From: Alphaproteobacteria bacterium
GTDB lineage: Bacteria > Pseudomonadota > Alphaproteobacteria > SP197
Reading direction: 5' to 3'
Length of the DNA stretch: 64,000 nucleotides
Assembly (NCBI GenBank): GCA_964291415.2
Contig: OZ219920.1
Location: forward strand, 320,001-384,000
Positions 39,540-48,321 of the stretch are shown here, in pieces; position 1 is the stretch's first letter, and each line of letters starts with the position of its first letter. The position numbers and the translations under genes are program-made. The notes below the pieces were generated by a model, which saw only the letters and a program-made list of their open reading frames with translations, searched no databases and had not been told where the DNA came from.

Positions 39540-40397
39540 ATGTCGTCGGAACCTGTCACGGATGAGATCGGCGATCTGGTCGACCTCGAACGCTACCCGC
39601 TCGAGCGGACCGACAGCCAGGAGTACTTGGCGCTGGTCGAACGGTGCCGTGAGGTGCACCGGGAGAACGATTGCGTCAACCTCCCCGGTTTCGTGAGGGC
39701 CGATGCGCTTGCTGCCTTTGCCAGGGAAGCTTCGGTGCTCCTCGAACGGCACGGCTACCGGAAATCCCATCAGCGGACGGCGCTCTTCAACCAGGGCGAT
39801 CCGTCGAAACCCTCCGGCCACCCGGCCAACCGCCTCTTTCGCGAGAGATCGCTCCAGGTCGCCAACGACCAGATCGGCGATACCCTGATCCGCCGTATCT
39901 ACGAGTGGCAGCCACTGACCGACTTCATCGCTGCCGTCGAAGACTGCGAACGGCTCTACCGCATGGCCGACGAGTTCCAGGCATTGAACATCATCGCGCA
40001 CGAAACGGGCAACGGCCTACCCTGGCATTTCGACGTCAACAACTTCACCGTCACGCTGCTGCTTCAGGCGAGCGAAGCAGGTGGCGAGTTCGTCTTCGTT
40101 CCCGAGATGCGCTCCGGACGGGATGTCGACTTCGTCCGCATGGAGAGACTCTTCGAAGGCGACGGGTCCTTCGTTCACACCACGGAACGATCAGGCGGCA
40201 CACTCACCCTGTTTCGCGGCCGCAACGCGCTCCATGCGGTGACGGCCGTCAAGGGACCCACGTCCCGGATCACCGCCGTTCTGACCTACGACGAGAAGCC
40301 CGATTGCGTTGCCAGCGAACGGGGGAACGCGTTCGTCTACGGCCCGCGGGTCGAGGCGATCTACAGGGAACGCAGGGAACGCGCACGATTGCCTTGA
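39540..40397 (+). CDS. Fe(II)/2OG oxygenase, BesD/HalD-like fold, HxD (hydroxylase-type)
   Basis: LPWHFDVNNFTVTLLLQ..GGEF..LFRGRNALHAVT..RITAV. Confidence 0.75.
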   Translation: MSSEPVTDEIGDLVDLERYPLERTDSQEYLALVERCREVHRENDCVNLPGFVRADALAAFAREASVLLERHGYRKSHQRTALFNQGDPSKPSGHPANRLFRERSLQVANDQIGDTLIRRIYEWQPLTDFIAAVEDCERLYRMADEFQALNIIAHETGNGLPWHFDVNNFTVTLLLQASEAGGEFVFVPEMRSGRDVDFVRMERLFEGDGSFVHTTERSGGTLTLFRGRNALHAVTAVKGPTSRITAVLTYDEKPDCVASERGNAFVYGPRVEAIYRERRERARLP

Positions 40398-40429
40398 CTT
40401 GGCGCAGGGGAACGACAAGGGAGGATGAC

Positions 40430-41725
40430 ATGCTAAGGGATTCGCACGAAGCGAAGGGGCTCTATGCGTACTTCGCGGAGAATCCGGACGAGGCGCGCCG
40501 GCAGTTCTTCGAGCCTGCGCCGGGTGTGAGCCGGCGCGGCTTCTTCGCCGGTGCGGGGTTGGCGACCTCGGGCGCCCTGCTCGGCATGGCGATCCCGTTT
40601 TACGCCGACATGCCGCGTGGGTTGGTTCCGGCAGCCTTTGCTGCGGAGGACGTGCTGGTCGGCAAGGACGGCCTGACGTTGCTGAACGATCGGCCAATCA
40701 GTGCCGAGACACCGGCGCACCTGCTGGACGACGCGATTACGCCCACCGCCCGGCACTTCATCCGCAACAACGGCCTGCCGCCGGAGGACGTCGATCCTGA
40801 GAGCTGGATTCTCACTGTCGACGGGCTGGTGGAGAACCCGATGGAACTCTCCATCAGGGACCTTCGCACACAGTTCGAGGTGGTGGCCATGGCGCTCGCG
40901 ATCGAGTGTGGCGGCAACGGTCGGGCTTTCTTCGATCCACCGGCCAGGGGCAACCAGTGGACGGTGGGCGCGGTGGGCTGCTCGGAATGGACCGGGGTGC
41001 GGCTCGCCGATGTGCTGAGGAAGGCCGGGGTCAAGTCGGACGCGGTCTATACCGCGCACTACGGCGCCGACACCCATCTCTCCGGCAAGGAGGGCAAGCT
41101 TCCGATCTCGCGCGGAGTGCCGATCGCGAAAGCCCTGACCGACAACGTGCTGATCGCGTTTGCGATGAACGGCAGTTCGCTGCACCTGCAGAACGGAGCG
41201 CCGCTGCGCCTCGTTGTGCCGGGCTGGCCGGGCTCCTGCTCGCAGAAGTGGCTCACCCGCATCCAGCTTCGCGACATGGTGCATGACGGGCCGAAGATGA
41301 CCGGCACGGCCTACCGGGTGCCGCGCTACCCGGTCGCCCCCGGCGACGAGGTAGCGAGGGAGAATCTCGAAATCATCGAGCGCATGCCGGTGAAGTCACT
41401 CGTGACGTCGCCGGAAAGCAACAGCGCTGCCGGCAGGGAAGTGGAAGTGCGCGGTCACGCCTGGTCGGGTGACCGCACGGTATCGGCGGTCGATCTCACG
41501 ATCGACTTCGGCAGAAGCTGGATGGCGGCCGAACTGGACGGGCCGGTCAATCCCGGCGCATGGCAGAATTGGCGCCGCACGGTTGCCTTCCCGGAAGCCG
41601 GCTACTACGAGGTCTGGGCGCGCGCCACCGACGTCCAGGGCGAGATGCAGCCCTTCGCCATCGCCTGGAACCCGAAAGGCTATCTCAACAACACCATGCA
41701 TCGGGTGGCGCTGCGTGTCACCTGA
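40430..41725 (+). CDS. Periplasmic molybdopterin sulfite oxidase/dehydrogenase (SorT/SoxC-like)
   Basis: Tat SRRGFF; HFIRNN, IECGGNGR (Mo-Cys), WTGVRL, NGAPLRLVVPGW, WNPKGY. Confidence 0.92.
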   Translation: MLRDSHEAKGLYAYFAENPDEARRQFFEPAPGVSRRGFFAGAGLATSGALLGMAIPFYADMPRGLVPAAFAAEDVLVGKDGLTLLNDRPISAETPAHLLDDAITPTARHFIRNNGLPPEDVDPESWILTVDGLVENPMELSIRDLRTQFEVVAMALAIECGGNGRAFFDPPARGNQWTVGAVGCSEWTGVRLADVLRKAGVKSDAVYTAHYGADTHLSGKEGKLPISRGVPIAKALTDNVLIAFAMNGSSLHLQNGAPLRLVVPGWPGSCSQKWLTRIQLRDMVHDGPKMTGTAYRVPRYPVAPGDEVARENLEIIERMPVKSLVTSPESNSAAGREVEVRGHAWSGDRTVSAVDLTIDFGRSWMAAELDGPVNPGAWQNWRRTVAFPEAGYYEVWARATDVQGEMQPFAIAWNPKGYLNNTMHRVALRVT

Positions 41726-41750
41726 CCGCCGGCGCGGACGGGCCGCTTTG

Positions 41751-42449
41751 ATGCGGTCCGCCATTGCCGTGACGCTGCTGCTGTTCGCCTGTGCCGCGGC
41801 GCCCGTCGGCGCGGCCGATCTGGAGGCGCGTCTCACCGCAGCCGATCCCGGCCGGGGCGAGAAGATCTTCCGCAAATGCGTGGCCTGCCATACGGCCGAA
41901 GAGGACGGTCGCAGGAAGACAGGCCCCAACCTCTGGGGCATTGTGGGCGCGCCCGTGGCCGCCGGGGAAGGGTTCCGTTACTCCGGGGCGCTGGCGGAGT
42001 TCGGCGGCAACTGGACCTTCGAACGCCTTGACGCCTACCTGGCGAATCCACGAGCGCTGGTGAAGCGCACTTCCATGATCTTCTCCGGCCTCAGGCGCGA
42101 GGCCGACCGCGCCGACGTGATCGCCTTCCTGAACCGGATGAGCGACAGCCCGGTCGAGTTCGGGCCGCGGCCGGCAATGCCGGCGGTTCCCCTGACACCG
42201 GAGCCGGAAGAGTTCGGCGTCATGGTGGCGGCGCCCGGGGCCTCGGAGACCTTCGACGCCTGCGCGTCCTGCCACTCGGAGCGGATCGTCGCCCAGCAGG
42301 GGTTGACGTGGGAGCAATGGGACGAGCTGCTCGACTGGATGGTCGACGAGCACGAAATGGAGCCGATGGAAGGAAGCGCCCGCACGATCGTCCTCGACTA
42401 TCTGGCGGAGCACTACGGCCCGGACCGTCCGAACTTCCCGGGAAACTAG
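41751..42449 (+). CDS. Diheme c-type cytochrome (cytochrome c2-like plus SorU-like domain)
   Basis: Signal peptide; CVACH..GPNLWG..M; second CASCH..W..MV..M..YLAEHYGP. Confidence 0.88.
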   Translation: MRSAIAVTLLLFACAAAPVGAADLEARLTAADPGRGEKIFRKCVACHTAEEDGRRKTGPNLWGIVGAPVAAGEGFRYSGALAEFGGNWTFERLDAYLANPRALVKRTSMIFSGLRREADRADVIAFLNRMSDSPVEFGPRPAMPAVPLTPEPEEFGVMVAAPGASETFDACASCHSERIVAQQGLTWEQWDELLDWMVDEHEMEPMEGSARTIVLDYLAEHYGPDRPNFPGN

Positions 42450-42670
42450 ATGGCCGCGGCTGCCCGTCGGAGATTCAGCGCCCGGAGAAAGAGGAACGCA
42501 TGCTGGAGAAGATGGCCGACGAGATCGGCGGCTGCGTCTACTCCGATCGCTTCTGCCCCGCCGGGCTCCTGCCGACATCATACCCGCTGCCCCGGATGAA
42601 CGGTCGCCACCTCAGAAGACGGGACGGGTCCGGCCGGAAGATGGAGACGATCGGCGGGACCGGCGGCCGA

Positions 42671-43144
42671 AACGAAACCCTGCTTCGGGTTCTCTGTTAC
42701 GATTGCCCGCCCTAGCGGGCTCATCGGAGGCTGCCGGTATCGGGCGAGTCGGCGCTGTTCCAGGGCTCGGACGAATGGCTGAAGCTGCTGGCGGCGAAAT
42801 CGCCTCTTGCGGTTCGTCTCGGCTCGCTCAAGTTCCGGGGTTTCGAGCCGAAACGAATCCCCATCGCTTCAGCGGCGCTGTCGGACGAGGACTTCAAGCC
42901 GCGATTCGAGCAGAAGGGAGTCGACATGCGGCTCGGCCTGGATGTTGCCTTCTATGCTGCCGACCGGTCTATCGACCGGGTTATCCTGGTCACCGGTGAT
43001 ACGGATTGCCTGCCGGTGATGAAGCGCGCGAGAACGGCCGGACTGCAAGTCGTGCTCGTTCAATTCCCGAAGCAGCGTCTCGCAAGGGAACTCATGTGGC
43101 ACTCCGACTTTCAAAGACCGGTCGAGTGGATCCAGCAGGATTGA
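42671..43144 (+). pseudogene. NYN/LabA-DUF88 (PIN-fold) nuclease pseudogene
   Basis: LLRVLCYDCPP*..EQKGVDMRLGLD..LVTGDTD..HSDF; in-frame TAG at 42713-42715; N-terminus missing. Confidence 0.8.
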
Positions 43145-43158
43145 TAAGGATGGCGAGA

Positions 43159-43275
43159 CTAGAATTCCCGGGCCCTGGTCCTGGCATCCTCTGCGCTCAG
43201 GGAGGCAGCATCGCCGACGATCTTCCAGACCCTCTTTTCTCGTGCTGGCCATGGAAGAAAAAGCACTTGCGCACT
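43159..43275 (-). pseudogene. Possible tyrosine-integrase arm-binding domain remnant
   Basis: KRVWKIVGDAASLSAEDARTRARE* resembles the Arm-DNA-bind motif by recall; very short. Confidence 0.4.
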
Positions 43276-43357
43276 GACAGGTGGAGTCTCCCCGCAGTTG
43301 CGGTCGAGAGAGGGAATTAATGGCGTTATTACAATATCGTAGTAGAGATGATGTGCA

Positions 43358-44716
43358 TCAAGATTTCGCTGCGTCGGATGATGCCGGGAAGATGGTGCCC
43401 GGTGTGAAGGAGGCGATGGCCTCATCGATGGTGTGACGAAGAAGGTCGACGATGGTGTCGAGTTCGTCCGTTGTCGCATTGTAGGGGGGTGCGATGATGA
43501 TCTGGTCGCCCTTGATGCCGTCCACGTTGCCGCCTGTCGGATAGACGATGAGGCCATTGTCGAAACCCGTCCGCATGATCCGGTAGAACATGCGGGCATC
43601 GGGGCTGAACGGCTCCGCGATTTCCCGGTCCTCGACAATCTCGACGCCCTGGAAGAACCCCCGGCCACGGATGTCCCCGACATGGGGATGCTGGCCAAGG
43701 CTTTCCTCGAGACGCGACCGCAGCAGTTCGCCGTTGGCAGCGACCCTGGCCACGAGATCATCGCGCTCGATGATCTTCTGCACGGCCACCGCGGCGGCGC
43801 AGCATGTGGTGTGGGCGGTGAATGTGTGGCCGGTGATCGGCAGCCCGTCCACAGCGTAGATGGGTTCGGCGACGCGCCGCGAGAAGACGGCGGCGCCCAG
43901 GGGGAGGTAACCGCCACTCAGGCCCTTGGCAATGGACATGATATCGGGTTCGACGCCGTCGTGTTCCAGGGCCCGCCAGGTTCCGCAGCGTCCGACTCCG
44001 CACATCACCTCGTCGGCGATCATCAGCACTCCGGTCCTGTCGCAGATCTCGCGGATGCGGCGCGCGTAGCCGTCAGGAGCGGGAACGGCGCCTCCGGCGG
44101 CGCCGACGACCGGTTCGAAGATGAAGGCGGCGACATTCTCCGCTCCCAGCCGGGCAATCTCGTTCTCGAGTTCCGCGGCGCAGTATTCGGCAACGTCGCC
44201 GGCAGCAACCCCGGCCGGTGGCCGGTAGGTGTTCACCGGCGAAAGACGGCTCGTCTCGATCAGCGAGCCCCGGTAGGGACGCTGGCGCTGGTGGAACCCG
44301 GAGACGGAGAGCGCTCCGAGAGTGTTGCCATGCCATGAACGTTCACGGCTGATGAAGCGGACCCTTGAGGTCTCGCCCCGCGCCTGGTGGTACTGCAATG
44401 CCAGCTTGAGACAACTCTCGACGGCCTCCGAACCCCCGGTGGTGAAGATGACGTGATCGAGGTCGCCTCCCGCCTGGCGGGTGATGATCTCCGACAGCTC
44501 CTCCGCGGCGTCGCTGCGAAAGTGGAAGCGATAGCCGAAGGCAATGTCGTCGAGTTGTCTCTTGATCGCGTCGTTGACCTCGCGGTTGCCGTGACCGATG
44601 CTGAAGGCTGCCGGCCCGCCCGACGCATCGATGTAGCGCTTGCCGTCGCGGTCCCAGACGTGAATGCCCCGCCCGGATGCGATCTTCGGGAGCGTCGAGA
44701 GGGGATCGTTGATCAT
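43358..44716 (-). CDS. Class III aminotransferase (start uncertain)
   Basis: YIDASGG, GGSEAVE, WHGNT, FIFEPVVG, IADEVMCGVGRCG, IAKGLSGGYLP, GHTF. Confidence 0.92.
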   Translation of the reverse strand: MINDPLSTLPKIASGRGIHVWDRDGKRYIDASGGPAAFSIGHGNREVNDAIKRQLDDIAFGYRFHFRSDAAEELSEIITRQAGGDLDHVIFTTGGSEAVESCLKLALQYHQARGETSRVRFISRERSWHGNTLGALSVSGFHQRQRPYRGSLIETSRLSPVNTYRPPAGVAAGDVAEYCAAELENEIARLGAENVAAFIFEPVVGAAGGAVPAPDGYARRIREICDRTGVLMIADEVMCGVGRCGTWRALEHDGVEPDIMSIAKGLSGGYLPLGAAVFSRRVAEPIYAVDGLPITGHTFTAHTTCCAAAVAVQKIIERDDLVARVAANGELLRSRLEESLGQHPHVGDIRGRGFFQGVEIVEDREIAEPFSPDARMFYRIMRTGFDNGLIVYPTGGNVDGIKGDQIIIAPPYNATTDELDTIVDLLRHTIDEAIASFTPGTIFPASSDAAKS

Positions 44717-44799
44717 GTCGGGAAGTCCGCTGGCCGTACCGCCGTCGATACAGCGGGCCGGACCTGCGTTCAAGCGCATCGCCGGCTCATGAGGGGTGA

Positions 44800-44876
44800 T
44801 GGTCGGAGTGGGAGGACTTGAACCTCCGGCCCCTGCCTCCCGAAGACAGTGCTCTACCAGGCTGAGCTACACTCAG
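44800..44876 (-). tRNA. tRNA-Pro (CGG), degenerate copy (probable pseudo-tRNA/att remnant)
   Basis: 77 nt; differs from the 46460 copy by G2->T (acceptor-stem mismatch) and one T-loop change; no promoter seen upstream. Confidence 0.7.
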
Positions 44877-45329
44877 CCGACACGGGGCGTGACGTGTTGA
44901 CTGGAGACTACCCTGAGTTCAGCCCGATACTGGATCTTTGTGTTCTCGCTTCTTCAGCTATTCGGGAGAGTTGTCCAAGACGAACTCTTGCGGCGCCGCA
45001 ATGTTCGGAGAACCGGAGATCGGCCAGTCGACCGCTCCGCCGGCGATCATCATGCCCTGGATCATCGGACTCCAGGCAAGCGATAGCATGGACACCGTTT
45101 CCTCCGTCGTGGCTTTGACTGCTCCGCCTTCCTGGCGCATCACGATGCTACCGGGTGGATCGTCAGTCCCACCGGTGCAGAACCTCAGCGGTGCCATGGC
45201 GTCCACATGTTCGCCTGACGATGCACCTGACAGAACGGGCGGGAACCCGACCATCTTGCCATACCGGACGACAACGGTGCGGGGCTCAGTGCCTTGATCG
45301 GGACCCAACCCGACAGTCTTGGATCTTGG

Positions 45330-45983
45330 TCAGTCCGTCTTCGGCGGCTCTTCGAGAGTAATTCGTTCGGCAGGGTGAACCTTCGGAAATCGGCTATAGC
45401 GCTCACACCAATCTGCGGCGGCTGGGGAAAGCCAGCGGGTGAGCTGCATGATGTTCGCGTAGTGTTGGATGAGATGCCACTGAAGTATCGGTTCGTGATG
45501 GGCGACGCGGTTCCGGAGCGTCCTGATTTGTCTCAGCGGCCGGGAGAAGTCCTTGCGGCGGAGACCCTTGCCATCCTCCCGGCGTGCGATGTCATGGAGG
45601 ATTTGCTGCCAGAGAGTTTCGTAGCTCGGCGACAGCATCGAGGTCCAGAAGCTGAAGGTCAAAGCGGACACGATCCGCCCGGGAGTCGGGTTCTTCCGGT
45701 CGTCGGTGAGATCTTCACGCGCCTTGACAAGCTGACGGCGTTGATTGTCGACAAGCAGGAAACCGGCGTCGTCGAACCAACATTCATGTAAGGCATTCCC
45801 GAGGACGGCGTGTATCCGGTTCCGGAGCACAACTTCCAGGACCTGCAAGGGTGTGTACAGGGCTTCGGAAAGCTGCATGTTGAGGGCGTAGAGTTCGAGG
45901 GCGCGCGCCCGGTTCCCTCCCGCCCATTCAATATAGCGGGCGAAACGCTCGAGCGACAGGGCTGCTTCGAAGTCGTCGATCAC
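45330..45983 (-). CDS. Abi_2/AbiF-like HEPN domain protein
   Basis: LSLERFARY..ALELY..LQVLEVVLRNRIH; LTFSFW; RNRVAHHEP (RxxxxH HEPN motif). Confidence 0.85.
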   Translation of the reverse strand: MIDDFEAALSLERFARYIEWAGGNRARALELYALNMQLSEALYTPLQVLEVVLRNRIHAVLGNALHECWFDDAGFLLVDNQRRQLVKAREDLTDDRKNPTPGRIVSALTFSFWTSMLSPSYETLWQQILHDIARREDGKGLRRKDFSRPLRQIRTLRNRVAHHEPILQWHLIQHYANIMQLTRWLSPAAADWCERYSRFPKVHPAERITLEEPPKTD

Positions 45984-45996
45984 CAGGACAATCCCC

Positions 45997-46025
45997 TTGC
46001 AATTCGGTGGAGGCAGGCCTATATC
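45997..46025 (+). promoter_or_regulatory. Sigma70-like promoter pointing away from the Abi gene
   Basis: TTGCAA (45997-46002), 17 bp spacer, TATATC (46020-46025). Confidence 0.6.
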
Positions 46026-46030
46026 TGGTC

Positions 46031-46083
46031 ACGGAAACCCCGGTACCGTCTCTGCCCTAGGCACGCGGCCGGGGTAATTTTTT
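46031..46083 (+). ncRNA. Putative ~50-nt structured small RNA (candidate Abi antitoxin)
   Basis: accccgg(46037-43)/ccggggt(46069-75) stem, inner tgcc/ggca hairpin, T6 tract at 46078-83; lies directly after the promoter. Confidence 0.55.
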
Positions 46084-46459
46084 GGGGCTCGGCTTCACGG
46101 CGTCCGCGTCCGACGGGCGATTCGACGCGGTGCCGAGCCTCCCGGCGTTGTTCCTTCGCTTCCGTAAAGTCGGTTCGAGCTTCTGGATGCGCTTCACCTG
46201 CCCATCAAGATGGTAGGTGTTGCCGTTCCAGTCCCCGGCCGGGGTTATTCTCAGCTCACGGCGAACCAGGCCTGCTTTCTCGAGTTTTCTGATGCTGTTC
46301 TGAATGGTCTTGTCGGAAACGCTGATCCTTCTGGCGAACTCTTTCCTCGAGGGGACGGCCGACGTTCAGTTTCCTGCCAGTAGTCCAAGAGCTCGATGAG
46401 ATGTTCATCTGCAGCGGACTGCTGCCGAGATGGCTCCGTGCTTGGATCATGAGGTGTGA

Positions 46460-46536
46460 TGGTCGGAGTGGGAGGATTTGAACCTCCGGCCCCTGCCTCC
46501 CGAAGACAGTGCTCTACCAGGCTGAGCTACACTCCG
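46460..46536 (-). tRNA. tRNA-Pro (CGG), intact copy
   Basis: CGGAGTGTAGCTCAGCCTGGTAGAGCA CTGTC TTCGGGA GGCAG..GGTTCAAATCC..CTCCGACCA. Confidence 0.96.
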
Positions 46537-46563
46537 CCGACATGGGTCGTCCGCAGAGCCGGC

Positions 46564-46592
46564 CTTATACCGGCTGCCCTGTCAGCCCGCAA
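46564..46592 (-). promoter_or_regulatory. Promoter of the intact tRNA-Pro
   Basis: TTGCGG, 17 bp spacer, TATAAG on the minus strand. Confidence 0.6.
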
Positions 46593-48321
46593 CCGCGGCG
46601 CCGTTTCTCAGGGCATCGGTCGCCGGCTGGTCGACGGTACCGTCGCTGTCGAGGACCACGCCATAGGACCGGCGGGCCGCCTCGATGCTGACCAGGCCGT
46701 CCCTGACGTCGTGAGCGACGTCGAGGGCAGGGCGCCGGAAGGGATCACCCCATCCGCCGCCGCCGGGCGACAGGGCGTGGTAGGTGCAGGGTCCGTAGTC
46801 ATGACTGCCGTAGGCCGCGGGAAGGTGCTGGCGGCCATTGCGTTCCGTGATCGCCATGGCGCCGCCGGCCCCGTCCATGCCCCCGGCGGCGCCGTGGCCG
46901 CTGGGCCGCCCGAGCCCCTCGCTGCGGAAGTGGAAGGTCGAGGGGTCCTCAACTTCGACGAGGTAGTCCACGCCGCACCCGCCCCTCCAGGCGCCGGGCC
47001 CGCCGCCGTCGCGGCGCAGTTCGTGCCTGATGTATCGGATGGGGTAGAGCTGCTCGTAGTCCTCGAGGTTGGGAATGGTGAGCCCGCCCAGCGAAATCAG
47101 GTGGCCGATCTGCTCGAAACCGTCGCGACCCTCCACCGCGCCGCCGCCGGGCATCGCATGCCAGTGATACATGATGAAGCCGCGGTCGCGGGACTGGTCG
47201 TGCCCGGCCGCAATGGGATGAACGCTCCTGCCCCAGCCGGCGCAGGCGAGGTCCGGCCTCGCCTCGCCCAGGGCGCGCCAGATGGCATGGACGATGTGGT
47301 GGGCGATGAAGACCGTGTTCATGGTCATGGGCGCCGGAGGCCGGGGATTGACGATCGATCCCTCGGGCATCACCAGGTCAACCGAACGGAAGGTGCCCTC
47401 GTTTCGCGGCAGGTCCACGGGAAAGAACGATCCCAGCGCCATGTAGGTCGCCGACATGGTGTTGGCGACCGAACTGTTCTTGAAGCCCCGGATCTGCGGT
47501 CCGCAGCCCGAGAAATCGACCGTGATGCGGTCGCCTCGAACGATCAGCTTCACCTCGATTTCGGTGCGCCTGTCCTCGAAGCAGTCGTTGTCCGTCGCGT
47601 CGCTGCCGCGCCATGTGCCGTCAGGCAGGCTGTCGATGCAGGTGCGCAGCATCCGGTCGCCGTGGTCGAGGATCCCCTCGAAGCAGGCGAGGGCGTCGTC
47701 GCGTCCGGCGTCTCTCACCAGGGCCTGGAGACGTTCCATGCCAATCCGGGTCGAGCCCAGCATGGCGCGCAGGTCGCCGTCGAGCAGGTCCGGGGTGCGC
47801 GAGTTGAGGAGCAGAAGATTCCAGACATCCTGGCGCATCACGCCCGCCTCGACGAGCTTGAGCGGCGGAATGCGCAGCCCCTCGTGAAAGATCTCCGTCG
47901 CCATGGGGTTGTAGGTTCCGGCGGCGCCGCCACCGATGTCCGACTGGTGCGCCCGGTTGCAGGCGAAGGCGATGCGCTCGCCGTCATGAAAGACCGGACG
48001 CGCGATGACCCAGTCCGGCAGGTGGTTGCCTCCGGCGACATAGGGGTCATTCAGCAGAAACACGTCCTCGTCCTCGATGGCGTCGCCGAAGGCTTCGATC
48101 AGGGTTCGCAGCGCCAGACCGCCGCCGCCCGTGTGGATGGGGATGCCATCGGCCTGACTGATGAGAACGCCGTCCGCGTTGCCCAGAAAACACGAGAAAT
48201 CGTGACTCTGGCTGAAGATCGGGCTGCGTGCCGTGCGTGTCATGACCCGGCCCATCTGCCGGGAGATGTGATCCAGGCGGTTCTGTATGAGAGTCAGCCG
48301 AACGGGGTCGGGGGCAGGCAT
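46582..48321 (-). CDS. Hydantoinase B/oxoprolinase family protein
   Basis: RTARSP, IPIH, LNDPYVAGGNHLPD, AHQSDIGG, GGGGWGDP. Confidence 0.92.
   Translation of the reverse strand: MPAPDPVRLTLIQNRLDHISRQMGRVMTRTARSPIFSQSHDFSCFLGNADGVLISQADGIPIHTGGGGLALRTLIEAFGDAIEDEDVFLLNDPYVAGGNHLPDWVIARPVFHDGERIAFACNRAHQSDIGGGAAGTYNPMATEIFHEGLRIPPLKLVEAGVMRQDVWNLLLLNSRTPDLLDGDLRAMLGSTRIGMERLQALVRDAGRDDALACFEGILDHGDRMLRTCIDSLPDGTWRGSDATDNDCFEDRRTEIEVKLIVRGDRITVDFSGCGPQIRGFKNSSVANTMSATYMALGSFFPVDLPRNEGTFRSVDLVMPEGSIVNPRPPAPMTMNTVFIAHHIVHAIWRALGEARPDLACAGWGRSVHPIAAGHDQSRDRGFIMYHWHAMPGGGAVEGRDGFEQIGHLISLGGLTIPNLEDYEQLYPIRYIRHELRRDGGGPGAWRGGCGVDYLVEVEDPSTFHFRSEGLGRPSGHGAAGGMDGAGGAMAITERNGRQHLPAAYGSHDYGPCTYHALSPGGGGWGDPFRRPALDVAHDVRDGLVSIEAARRSYGVVLDSDGTVDQPATDALRNGAAVAG

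Larger units (their letters stand above)
44787..46550. mobile_element. Islet bounded by 104-bp direct repeats containing tRNA-Pro
   Basis: 44787-44890 vs 46447-46550, 5 mismatches, offset 1660 bp; no integrase inside. Confidence 0.65.

Noticed and set aside
39671-40429. Long N-terminal extensions in the ORF track (sulfite oxidase, FGGY kinase, nadE, His-motif protein)
   Set aside because: They overlap upstream genes; downstream starts with an RBS or stop-start coupling fit better.
42713-42715. In-frame TAG as pyrrolysine readthrough, given mttB genes nearby
   Set aside because: The MttB genes have no amber codon, no pyl genes are present, and the NYN gene is also 5'-truncated.
44958-45308. 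116-aa ORF downstream of the Abi gene as a protein antitoxin
   Set aside because: No recognisable motif or clear RBS; cannot be supported, though not excluded.
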